The notes under the pieces: model-generated
Told to the model about the DNA's origin: nothing
The model's database searches: none
The model's input: the letters and a program-made list of their open reading frames with translations, nothing else
Made by a program: the position numbers and the translations under genes
NCBI GenBank assembly: GCA_965140445.1
Contig: OZ223236.1
Coordinates: forward strand, 1,472,001-1,536,000
Length of the DNA: 64,000 bases
Source: Candidatus Ozemobacteraceae bacterium
GTDB lineage: Bacteria > Muiribacteriota > Ozemobacteria > Ozemobacterales > Ozemobacteraceae
Direction of reading: 5' to 3'
Part shown: positions 55,489-64,000 of the stretch, in pieces
Layout: each line of letters starts with the position of its first letter
Position numbering within the stretch: position 1 is the stretch's first letter

Positions 55489-56700
55489 TCACGAAATCTC
55501 ATTCATTTTAACGTATGAGACATATGTCGCGTTGCTAGAAATTGCTGATTTTAAGGCTTCCTGGCTCTTTTCAAGAAGGCCGTCTCCATGGGTTGCATCA
55601 CTTGGATAAGTTGCTCCCCCTATACTTATAAGTTGCTCTTTATCTTTGACAAAGTCAAACTTTGCAACTTGCTTGCTCATGGTTTTTGCAATGCGCCCAG
55701 CAACAACTTCTGATACTTCAGTGTTTGTTTCGGTTAGAATTGCAAGAAATTCTGAATTGCGGGATCCACAAAACATTATGTCCAGACGGCGAAGAGATTG
55801 TTTCATGGATTGAGCCAGAGCTTTTTGCAAACTCTTTACTTCCTCTGGGCTATAATTTTGAATGTTCAAAATTTCAAGGCTCAGAAGAGTCATTACCTGC
55901 TGGTAACGCTCAGATCTTTCCACTTCAGTTTCAAAGGAATCTGCAAAACATTCATATCTTAGCAACCCAGTTGTTTTATCCTTGTATCTTGCATCACCAG
56001 AAGCATTTGTTGATTCAATTAGTGAAAGCATTGTTTCAAGATGAAGAGCTGTTGAAGATAATGAAAATCCTACTTCAGAAGGGGATTTAACCCCAGGAAT
56101 AATTAAAAATCCTGCTTTTGCATTACTTAAAAATAAAGGTACAAAAACACCATCAAGTCTTGTTATTGCTGAACTGAAGGAGATTGCTTCGCCATCTTCC
56201 TTGATTTCCCCAATAATTTCTTCTCCGAGGTTTCCGGGATAGCGTGCGTGAAGCGAGTTTTCCTTGAGGCTGAATTTAATTCCGGGAATCACTGCGGGCA
56301 AATCCCCCGAAGAAGCTGCCATTCTAAATCCAGACTTTTCTTCCAGGATAAGTGCTAAACATTTTTGCCCTGAAATAGGCAAAAGCTTTTCAATAATGGT
56401 CTCGATAGCTTTTTCATCAGGTGTTTCGCCGCTGGAAATTATCCGTCGTAAACTTGAAAAGCTTCGACTTTTTTTCTTGCTTCGGCTTTTACTTTTTGTT
56501 CCGGAAGCAGGAGAATTAATAATAAATTCTTTAAAAATCAAAACTGTATTGATTATTACAAGAATAAGCAAAAGATTGGGAAATCTTATGTTAACGTCCC
56601 ATACTGGTTTTCTGTTCCATATGCCGATGAGCAATACGCAAAGAATAACCAGATTGGCGAATAAATAAGCTTTCAGGTTAACATTATTTTTGTCTTTCAA
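55489..56700 (-). CDS. Membrane protein with a degenerate GGDEF domain
   Basis: Two TMs; DKTTGL...EVERSERY...LRRLD...RNSEFLAIL...ISIGGATYP. Confidence 0.78.
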   Translation of the reverse strand: MKDKNNVNLKAYLFANLVILCVLLIGIWNRKPVWDVNIRFPNLLLILVIINTVLIFKEFIINSPASGTKSKSRSKKKSRSFSSLRRIISSGETPDEKAIETIIEKLLPISGQKCLALILEEKSGFRMAASSGDLPAVIPGIKFSLKENSLHARYPGNLGEEIIGEIKEDGEAISFSSAITRLDGVFVPLFLSNAKAGFLIIPGVKSPSEVGFSLSSTALHLETMLSLIESTNASGDARYKDKTTGLLRYECFADSFETEVERSERYQQVMTLLSLEILNIQNYSPEEVKSLQKALAQSMKQSLRRLDIMFCGSRNSEFLAILTETNTEVSEVVAGRIAKTMSKQVAKFDFVKDKEQLISIGGATYPSDATHGDGLLEKSQEALKSAISSNATYVSYVKMNEIS

Positions 56701-56809
56701 ACGCTCTCTCCAATCCGAAGCTGTTAGAATTCTGCAAAGGCAATTTCTGCCTGCTTCAACGAAAAAAATTAATTAAAATTACCTTACACAAAGTAGCCTG
56801 CCAATAGAT

Positions 56810-56851
56810 ATTATACACAGGCTTCAAATCAGGTGCAATTTTTCTTATAAT
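56810..56851. promoter_or_regulatory. Overlapping divergent sigma70 promoters (GGDEF operon and mfd)
   Basis: Minus: TTGCAC-N17-TATAAT (56838 to 56810); plus: TTCAAA-N17-TATAAT (56823-56851). Confidence 0.55.
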
Positions 56852-56891
56852 TACTTACAGTCAAATTATTAATAACAAAGTAAGGAAAAAA

Positions 56892-59800
56892 ATGGCGACA
56901 CAAAATTTAGCGGGTGGCCCAATTGAAAAGCTGTTTTCAAATATTAACCTTGAGCAAACGAACAATTATTCGGGGCTTTCGGGAGTTTTGGCTCCCATAA
57001 CTCTTGCTAGATTAGCTGGACAAGCAGAAATTACCGTTTTTATTGCTCCTAATTCGGAAAGGGCTTTCGAGCTTTTTACCCAATCCAGAGTTTGGGCGGG
57101 TAATCGTGCTGATCGGATTTCTATTTTTTCTCCAGAGCGCAAATCAATCTATGACCATACCGCTGCTGATCCAGAAGTTTTGGAGCAAAGGTTGCTTTCT
57201 CTTTCGAGGTCTTCTATAGGCGGAGGACTGATAATTACTTCTGTAGAATGCCTTGCAGAAAGATTTTATCAGGCAGATCACTGGCTAAAATCTTCGTTTC
57301 ATCTGAAAGCTGGAGACGCCGTTTCCCGCTCAAAATTTTTGGAGAGGCTTATAAATCTCGGTTATAAACGAGTTAATGTGGTGGAAAAAATTGGGCAGGT
57401 AGCGGTGCGAGGAAGTATCGTAGATATTTATTCTCCTGGCATGGAAAACCCTGTGAGGTGTGATTTTTTTGGAGATGATCTTGAAACTCTTAAATATTTT
57501 TCTGTTTCTACCCAGCGAACTTTTGATAAGTTAAGCAAAGCTTCGATTGTTCCGGTTTTTGAGTTCTTGATTGGCGACAATCTTATTGAGGAGATCGCCT
57601 CTGAAGTTAGAGAGCGAATCGATAACCTTGATGAGCGGCATGGTGCCTTGCTTGAAAGAAAATTGGAGCATTTGCTTTCTCATGCTGACTCTAGAGACCT
57701 TTATGAGTTAAGACCTTTTGTTGAAAAGGGTAGCAGTTATTTGTTGGATTATTTTCCAAATTGTCGGATTCTCGCCGAAGAAAAAAGTAATCTTCCGGAA
57801 TCCTTAAATGAGTTTTATCAGTTTCAACAGATTGCATATGAGAAGGATCAGGAGTTTAATCCTCTTAAATCTCAGGAATTTTACTATCATTCCCCTGAGA
57901 CAGTTGTTTTGCGCCTTGAAGAGCACAAGGTAATAAATTTTAGTCGTTTTGGTTCAGAAAATAATCCGGCTTTTTCAACTTTTGAGACCCATTCACCGCC
58001 TGCAGACTCTTCTCGTGAAACCCTTATTAACGAGCTTAGATCGCTGATTTCTGAAAACTGGGCTATTGGAATTTTAATCAATGACTCGAATCGTTTTCAC
58101 AATTTAAAAGGGTTGCTTGGCGACAGAAAAGTTCCAATTCACTCGTCTTCAAATCCACTTGGGCTGAAGTATGCTTCTGTCCGATTTGTGCAGGGTCCGG
58201 GAAGAAAGGGCTTTAAAGATTATTCAAGCAAGGTTTGTATTTTAACTGAAGAAGATATCTATCTTGGTCAGGCAAAAGATAGCGGAAGGAAAAAGACGGC
58301 TTCGCAACAGCAGATTCTCTCTGTTTCACAGATGGTTCCTGGTGATATAGTCGTTCATGCAGATCACGGGGTAGCAGAATTCCGTGGGATACAGACTATG
58401 ACAGCGGCAGGGAATACTCGCGAGTATCTTCTTCTTCAGTATGCCGGCTCGGATAAGCTTTATGTTCCTACTGATCAGGTTCATAAGGTTTCAAGATACA
58501 TTGGCATGGAGGGAACTTCTCCCAGAATCCACAGCCTGAATTCAAAAACCTGGCTAAACCAGCGACAAAGAGTTGGCAAGAATATTGAGAATATTGCCAG
58601 AGAGCTTCTTGAGCTGTATGCAAGTAGGCAGGCAAGTCATGGGTTTGCCTGTAACCCGGATTGCGAGCTTCAGTCTAAAATGGAAGATAAATTTCCATTT
58701 GTAGAAACTCCTGACCAGATGAAAGCCATTGTGGCTACAAAAGAAGATATGGAATCAGAAATCCCTATGGATAGACTGGTTTGCGGCGACGTGGGATATG
58801 GAAAGACCGAAGTTGCAATGAGAGCGGCTTTTAAGGCCGTATGCTCCGGAAAACAGGTTGCTTTCCTTGCGCCAACAACACTTTTGGCATTCCAGCACTA
58901 TCAGACTTTTATAAAACGTTATGAAGGATTGCCTGTTTCTGTGGATATGGTGAGCAGATTGAGAAAGCCAGCTGAACAGAAAGAGACTATTCGCAAGGTT
59001 AAGGAAAACTCTGTAGATGTTTTAATTGGAACTCACAGACTTTTGTCTAAGGATATTAAGTTTGCTGATCTTGGTTTGTTAATGGTGGATGAGGAGCAAC
59101 GTTTTGGAGTTAAGCATAAAGAGCGTTTAAAGCAGCTTAAGGCAAGTATTGATGTTTTGACTCTCACTGCGACTCCTATTCCAAGGACTTTGCAGATGGC
59201 TATGTCTGGTATACGCCAGATAAGCGTTATTGATACCCCTCCTCGTGACAGATTGCCAGTGCAGACCTATGTTGCCCCTTTTGATCCAGCATGGGTAAAG
59301 CGAGCAATTATAAATGAACTGAAACGTGGGGGACAGATTTTCTACGTTTTCAACAGAGTTGATAAAATTGAACAAAAAGCGGCATTTTTGCGTGAGTTGG
59401 TTCCTGAAGCCAGAATAGAGATCGGTCACGGCCAGATGTCGGAAGAAAAAGTGGAAAAGACAATGCTCAGGTTTATCAATAGAGAGTTTGATATTCTGCT
59501 GGCCACAACCATTATTGAGTCAGGGTTAGATATTCCAAACGCTAATACTCTCATAGTTGATGAGGCTGAGCGTCTTGGTTTATCCCAGATGTATCAATTG
59601 CGCGGCAGAGTAGGGCGCTCCAGTCGTCAGGCTTCTGCATTTTTCTTTTATTCGGGAAGGAAAAGGCTTACAAAAGAAGCTCAGGAGAGACTCGAAACAA
59701 TTGAGGAGCATACCTCTCTTGGTTCAGGGTTTAAAATTGCATTAAGAGATCTTCAGATTCGCGGTGCGGGAAACATTCTCGGGGCTGCGCAAAGTGGTCA

Positions 59801-60371
59801 TATTGCCAGTATTGGATTTACTCTTTATATGGAGCTGCTCGAAGAAGCCGTTGCTAAGCTTAAATCAGGCAAATCTTATCGCCGAAAAACAGAAACGGCT
59901 ATTGAAATACCGATTACAGCATTGTTCCCGCAAACATATATTGCCGATGAAGAAACTCGAGTTGATTTGTATGCCAGACTGTCCAGATGCAATGAGCTTG
60001 ATGCTGTAGCACTTATCAGGTCAGAGTGTGAAGACCGCTTTGGCAATCTTCCTGAGGAATCTAACGGTTTGTTTATGATTAGTAAACTAAGAATTCTTGC
60101 TTCAAAAGCCGGAGTAGGAAAGGTTTCCAAGGTTATTAGCAGGTTGAGGTTTGAGTTTGATGCGAATTCCCTTCCTGATATGGGAGGCCTGCTTGCTAGT
60201 GGCAAGTCCTTTGTCAGCAGACTTAGCTTAAATCCTGAAGATAAGAATGCTATTCAAATTTATTTTGCCAGTGAGGCTGCAAATGACTTATTTGAAGAAG
60301 CAGAAGAGTTTTTAACCACTATCATTGATTTGAAAAATAATTCCATGGAGAACGATCTTGAACAAAATTGA
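56892..60371 (+). CDS. mfd: Transcription-repair coupling factor
   Basis: UvrB-homology region, RID (VVHADHGVAEF), MDRLVCGDVGYGKTEVA, VDEEQRFGV, TATPIPRT, QLRGRVGR, DLQIRGAGNILG, TRCF domain. Confidence 0.97.
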   Translation: MATQNLAGGPIEKLFSNINLEQTNNYSGLSGVLAPITLARLAGQAEITVFIAPNSERAFELFTQSRVWAGNRADRISIFSPERKSIYDHTAADPEVLEQRLLSLSRSSIGGGLIITSVECLAERFYQADHWLKSSFHLKAGDAVSRSKFLERLINLGYKRVNVVEKIGQVAVRGSIVDIYSPGMENPVRCDFFGDDLETLKYFSVSTQRTFDKLSKASIVPVFEFLIGDNLIEEIASEVRERIDNLDERHGALLERKLEHLLSHADSRDLYELRPFVEKGSSYLLDYFPNCRILAEEKSNLPESLNEFYQFQQIAYEKDQEFNPLKSQEFYYHSPETVVLRLEEHKVINFSRFGSENNPAFSTFETHSPPADSSRETLINELRSLISENWAIGILINDSNRFHNLKGLLGDRKVPIHSSSNPLGLKYASVRFVQGPGRKGFKDYSSKVCILTEEDIYLGQAKDSGRKKTASQQQILSVSQMVPGDIVVHADHGVAEFRGIQTMTAAGNTREYLLLQYAGSDKLYVPTDQVHKVSRYIGMEGTSPRIHSLNSKTWLNQRQRVGKNIENIARELLELYASRQASHGFACNPDCELQSKMEDKFPFVETPDQMKAIVATKEDMESEIPMDRLVCGDVGYGKTEVAMRAAFKAVCSGKQVAFLAPTTLLAFQHYQTFIKRYEGLPVSVDMVSRLRKPAEQKETIRKVKENSVDVLIGTHRLLSKDIKFADLGLLMVDEEQRFGVKHKERLKQLKASIDVLTLTATPIPRTLQMAMSGIRQISVIDTPPRDRLPVQTYVAPFDPAWVKRAIINELKRGGQIFYVFNRVDKIEQKAAFLRELVPEARIEIGHGQMSEEKVEKTMLRFINREFDILLATTIIESGLDIPNANTLIVDEAERLGLSQMYQLRGRVGRSSRQASAFFFYSGRKRLTKEAQERLETIEEHTSLGSGFKIALRDLQIRGAGNILGAAQSGHIASIGFTLYMELLEEAVAKLKSGKSYRRKTETAIEIPITALFPQTYIADEETRVDLYARLSRCNELDAVALIRSECEDRFGNLPEESNGLFMISKLRILASKAGVGKVSKVISRLRFEFDANSLPDMGGLLASGKSFVSRLSLNPEDKNAIQIYFASEAANDLFEEAEEFLTTIIDLKNNSMENDLEQN

Positions 60372-60753
60372 ACAGGTTACCAAATTACTCCCCGAAGAAT
60401 TCAACAAAGTCTTTAAAATGCATGCTGAAGATATAAATCAGGAGACAGTAAGTTTCCTGTCAGAAGAACTTGATTTGTATCTGGCGAAAATCCGAACCAG
60501 TGCTGAGAAAAATGAAAACATCAATTTACAAGTTGTACAGAGAATGGTTGATGTCTGCAAACATTTATTAACGTCCTTTTCCAGTTTCGATGAGGACGAA
60601 AGAGCAATTATAACCGGAGCAGTAAGGTATTTCCTGGACGAAAATGATGCCAGCGATGATTTGAGTGAAGTTTTTGGCTTTGATGACGATCTGGCTGTTT
60701 TAAATGCGGTTACAATAACACTTAAGAAGCCTGAATTGTTGATTCAGCGCTAG
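60358..60753 (+). CDS. YkvA/DUF1232-like protein
   Basis: GAVRYFL...D...D...FGFDDDLAV. Confidence 0.7.
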   Translation: MNKIEQVTKLLPEEFNKVFKMHAEDINQETVSFLSEELDLYLAKIRTSAEKNENINLQVVQRMVDVCKHLLTSFSSFDEDERAIITGAVRYFLDENDASDDLSEVFGFDDDLAVLNAVTITLKKPELLIQR

Positions 60754-61475
60754 TCTTTATTGTTGGAAGGCTTGCTGCCGTTATTAAGGAGTTCGAGGTT
60801 ATTTTTTATTGCTTTGATGATTTCGACAGTTTTCTGATTTGGATCTTCTGGAGAATGGAGTTTTCTAAGTGAATTCATCATTTCCAGAATTAATCTGGCC
60901 TTTTCAGGATCTGTTCTTGTGTAGTATTCATAGGCCTCTTTGATGGTCATCTGGACGCCAAGAGGCCCCTGAATTATTTTAACTTTTTCAATAAAGCCTT
61001 TTGGATCAAGAACCAGGTAATAGGAAATAGCTTCTGATGGATTATTGTAATAACCAGTGTTTTTTAGAGATGGACAGTATTTTTCGATGAAATCTCTAGC
61101 GTAATCATTCAATTCGGTTGTCCCGGAGCCAAGTCGCAGTTTTCCAAGAAATTCCAGGAATTGTCTGTTAGCTTCTGTTTGTTGATCTTTGTTTTGTTTA
61201 TCCCTGTCTTTAAAAAGATCTGAAAGACGATTTAGGGAATCCTTGATTGTGGGAGTGATTTTGAACTGTTGCAGATTTTCGTAGGATTTTTTCCACTCTT
61301 CAGCTTTTGGGCTTAGCGTTTCACTGGCCCACTGAGCGGCTCTATTTTTGTACTCATCAGCAACGTCAAACCAACTGTTTTGGGCGAAAGCTGATGAACA
61401 GCAAAGCACAAAAAACAAGAGTAGTTTTAATGTTGCATTAAAGCATAATTTTAGTGATCTTTTTTCCAGACCCAT
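60750..61475 (-). CDS. Exported helical hypothetical protein
   Basis: Signal peptide ending SAFA; 241-aa ORF; start uncertain. Confidence 0.6.
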   Translation of the reverse strand: MGLEKRSLKLCFNATLKLLLFFVLCCSSAFAQNSWFDVADEYKNRAAQWASETLSPKAEEWKKSYENLQQFKITPTIKDSLNRLSDLFKDRDKQNKDQQTEANRQFLEFLGKLRLGSGTTELNDYARDFIEKYCPSLKNTGYYNNPSEAISYYLVLDPKGFIEKVKIIQGPLGVQMTIKEAYEYYTRTDPEKARLILEMMNSLRKLHSPEDPNQKTVEIIKAIKNNLELLNNGSKPSNNKD

Positions 61476-62539
61476 TTTCCGTTATGCCTACTGGCAAGCC
61501 ATTTCATGTGAGAATCAAAAAGAACTTCAGTATCCGGGGCTGAAAGTCCAAGAAGTTTACATGGAGTTCTCCAAATTGATGTCCCAATGACTCCCCAGGA
61601 AATTTCTGCCTGTTCATTCATAATCTTAAGGCACTCGGGAAGCAGCCGACCACCGCCGAAGAAATGGCCTCCGGCAAAGCAACATTTTCCGTTATGGATT
61701 TCCAGATCCTGGCCATAGAGATTATAAAAACCGTCGGTACAACCAGCTGGTGCAACGGCGTCAGAAACCAGTATGACCTGGTCGCTCTCATAATTGGAGT
61801 AAACAAATTTTATCATTTCAGGAGAAACATGCAGTCCATCTGCTATCAGCTCAATAAATGTGCTTTTATTGGTAAGAACAGCGGACAGCAGCCCGGGAGC
61901 CCTGTGGTTAAGTGGTGGCATTGCGTTAAACAGATGAGTGACGTGTTTGGCTCCAGCTTCAATTGCGGCAAGAGTTAAAGACGAATTTGCCTCTGAATGC
62001 CCCAAAGAGCAGATAATGCCAAGTTTTGATGCTTCTTTAATAAACTCGATAGAACCCGGTAGCTCTGGGGCAATGGTAATTATTTTAATTAGCCCGCCAG
62101 CGGCTTTTTGCCAGGCTTTAAGCTCATTAATGTCAGGAGATTTAAGAAGCTCTTCCGGGTGAGAACCTTTTTTTTCATGCGATAGGTATGGGCCTTCAAG
62201 GTGAATTCCCAAAATTTGTGGAAGTAAATCACGGGTTTCGGCAACTTTTTTTATGTCTGTCAGGGCTTTTAATCGTTCTTCTTCGGTGCAGGTAATGAGG
62301 GTCGGAACCACACCGGTAATACCTCTAACAAGCAGTTTGTCCAATAGTTCATTTATTTTTTCCGGGTCTCCGAAAGAAAAATCCCAGCCAAAAGCACCGT
62401 GAATATGAATGTCGATAATTCCTGGAAGTCTGAATCCATCAGAACTTATATCTTTATCCTTTTTGTCTTGTGGATGCAAAAAGGTTCTTTCCGATAAGCC
62501 GAGGGGTAATTCTTTGCCTGAATAAAAATCTATCCTCAT
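61451..62539 (-). CDS. nagA: N-acetylglucosamine-6-phosphate deacetylase
   Basis: PGIIDIHIHG, HLEGPY, TIAPE, LGHS, VTHLFNAM, IADGLHV, LVSDA. Confidence 0.93.
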   Translation of the reverse strand: MRIDFYSGKELPLGLSERTFLHPQDKKDKDISSDGFRLPGIIDIHIHGAFGWDFSFGDPEKINELLDKLLVRGITGVVPTLITCTEEERLKALTDIKKVAETRDLLPQILGIHLEGPYLSHEKKGSHPEELLKSPDINELKAWQKAAGGLIKIITIAPELPGSIEFIKEASKLGIICSLGHSEANSSLTLAAIEAGAKHVTHLFNAMPPLNHRAPGLLSAVLTNKSTFIELIADGLHVSPEMIKFVYSNYESDQVILVSDAVAPAGCTDGFYNLYGQDLEIHNGKCCFAGGHFFGGGRLLPECLKIMNEQAEISWGVIGTSIWRTPCKLLGLSAPDTEVLFDSHMKWLASRHNGKWVWKKDH

Positions 62540-62560
62540 AAAATCCTCCTGCTGGGATCA

Positions 62561-63352
62561 TTATACATTTATTTTATAAAAATCTGGAATACGACCTCTA
62601 AATATTGTTAACTGCTCAAATCCAATCTCTTTAAGCTGCCGGGCCGCTTCTGTGAATCCGAAACCAATCCCATCTGGTTTATGTGCGTCTGAACCAATTG
62701 TAACAATTTTTCCGCCAAGTTCTTTATAAATTTGAAGAATTTCACGTTGGGGGTGAAAAGAGTCTAGATTGTAACTGGATTTGGCAGAAGTGTTAATTTC
62801 TATGCCTTTATCATTTTCTATTAGCCAGGTTAGCAACTTTTTCATGTGGGGAAGTGCTTTGGGTGGCAATTTAGAGCCCCTGGCTTCATGATATCGGCGA
62901 AGTATATCCAGGTGTCCAAGGATGTCAAAATCCGGATAATCCATAACCGCAGCAAGAGTTTCTTCAAGAAAAAGAACCCAGCTATCTTCAACTGTTCGCC
63001 CCTTAAAAAACTCTCCTTGATAAAGATCCATCCCCATGGCTCTGTGCATCGAACCTATTACAAAATCGAATTTATAATCTTTTAGTGCAGAGTTGATTTT
63101 TTGGGAATGGTTTTTTTGCAGTCCCAATTCGATGCCAAGGAGAACCTCGATCTTAGTCGTATTGTTTTTTAACGCCGTTATATAGCTATGATATGCGGGA
63201 AGATCTATTCTTGGATCGTCTTTAACAAAATCCGAGTGGTCAGTAATGGCTATCGTTTTAAGCCCTTTTTGAAAGGCCGATTCAATCATCTGCTCGGGAG
63301 TAGCTCTAGAATCTGAAGAAAAATGGGTGTGGCAATGAAGTTCGGCTATCAC
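62561..63352 (-). CDS. HisJ-family histidinol-phosphatase (PHP domain)
   Basis: HCHTHFSSD, ITDH, GIELG, DFVIGSMH, GHLD, IEINT, GSDAH. Confidence 0.88.
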   Translation of the reverse strand: MIAELHCHTHFSSDSRATPEQMIESAFQKGLKTIAITDHSDFVKDDPRIDLPAYHSYITALKNNTTKIEVLLGIELGLQKNHSQKINSALKDYKFDFVIGSMHRAMGMDLYQGEFFKGRTVEDSWVLFLEETLAAVMDYPDFDILGHLDILRRYHEARGSKLPPKALPHMKKLLTWLIENDKGIEINTSAKSSYNLDSFHPQREILQIYKELGGKIVTIGSDAHKPDGIGFGFTEAARQLKEIGFEQLTIFRGRIPDFYKINV

Positions 63353-63912
63353 TTTCCGGTTCCTCTAATTATTTTTTGGGTGTTTGTCAGCTCTGATGGC
63401 TCCATTAAGCTGTCAATTCTTCTTTGATGAATGAAAACTTCAAGATCTCCAGGACGTTTAAACGGCGATGAAACAAAATTCGAGACAAAAAGTCCTCTGT
63501 CAGTTATTACATTGAATCTGATCCATCTAACCCACCAGTCTCTTTTCCATTTGCCTGTTACGACCCGCTTTCTTTCTGCGACTCTGACAACACTTGCGGG
63601 AGGCACTTCTATGATTCTTCTGCCATCCAGCCAGTTTTCGTTAATCAGATGTTTTTTATGACCTATCCAGGTATCAGCGGTAATAGCGTTTATATAAAGG
63701 GATTTATTGTAGTCGTCATTATAAACATCGAGGCATTCATTTATCACATATCTGTTGTATTGAACCATTAAGGTGTCGGCTCTGGCAATGACTCTTATAG
63801 GTAGGTCGTATTCAGCAAAAACTTTTGATAGAAAAGTTTCCGAATTGGAAAACAGGCAAAAAAAACAAAAGCCTGCCACGAAAAAAAATCGTAGCAGGCT
63901 TTTTTGAGTCAT
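63349..63912 (-). CDS. Exported hypothetical protein
   Basis: Hydrophobic N-terminus; 187-aa ORF with GTGA overlap onto the PHP gene. Confidence 0.6.
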   Translation of the reverse strand: MTQKSLLRFFFVAGFCFFCLFSNSETFLSKVFAEYDLPIRVIARADTLMVQYNRYVINECLDVYNDDYNKSLYINAITADTWIGHKKHLINENWLDGRRIIEVPPASVVRVAERKRVVTGKWKRDWWVRWIRFNVITDRGLFVSNFVSSPFKRPGDLEVFIHQRRIDSLMEPSELTNTQKIIRGTGK

Positions 63913-63914
63913 TT

Positions 63915-64000
63915 TTACTTGGAATTGGCTTCCTTGATTTTTCTTCCCATTTCACGACCAAACTCGACACATTTTTCAAGGTCGGCGTCATGAGCGTTAA
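63915..64000 (-). CDS. 3' end of a gene entering from outside the window, possibly a flavodoxin-domain (FprA-like) protein
   Basis: Hand translation ...NAHDADLEKCVEFGREMGRKIKEANSK* resembles the last helix of flavodoxin domains. Confidence 0.45.
   Translation of the reverse strand, partial: NAHDADLEKCVEFGREMGRKIKEANSK

Noticed and set aside
56700..56810. c-di-GMP riboswitch in the leader of the GGDEF-like gene
   Set aside because: Only a small GGCA-N5-TGCC hairpin; the conserved two-stem architecture is not evident

Overview
Gene-dense, AT-rich chromosomal window from a bacterium, probably a diderm anaerobe. The mix of an AMIN-type secretin, SLH domains and many HEAT/TPR proteins is compatible with a deep-branching candidate lineage such as Riflebacteria, but that is an unverified guess. 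Positions 1-24.7 kb hold a type IV filament locus with hybrid features: secretin, GspE/PilB ATPase, PilM/N/O-like proteins, GspF/PilC, a HEAT protein, two GspG-like pseudopilins and a GspK/PilX-like pilin with a carbohydrate-binding-like domain. Next to it is a giant (~3300 aa) Ig/FN3 surface protein with a ~1250-aa internal duplication, split by a single-base frameshift at a G5 tract. The rest is mostly housekeeping and signalling: a cation-chloride cotransporter, a TPR-polysaccharide deacetylase, a sigma54-type two-component pair, gap-pgk-tpiA, a Cmk-RpsA fusion with seven S1 domains and an internal start, aroA, a membrane pyrophosphatase with a long disordered tail, a PhnD-like/degenerate cyclase pair, a LysM protein, orphan CoxS/CoxM-like subunits, mfd, nagA and a HisJ-family PHP phosphatase. 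I saw no rRNA, tRNA, CRISPR array or mobile element. All calls come from reading motifs by eye, with no database searches.
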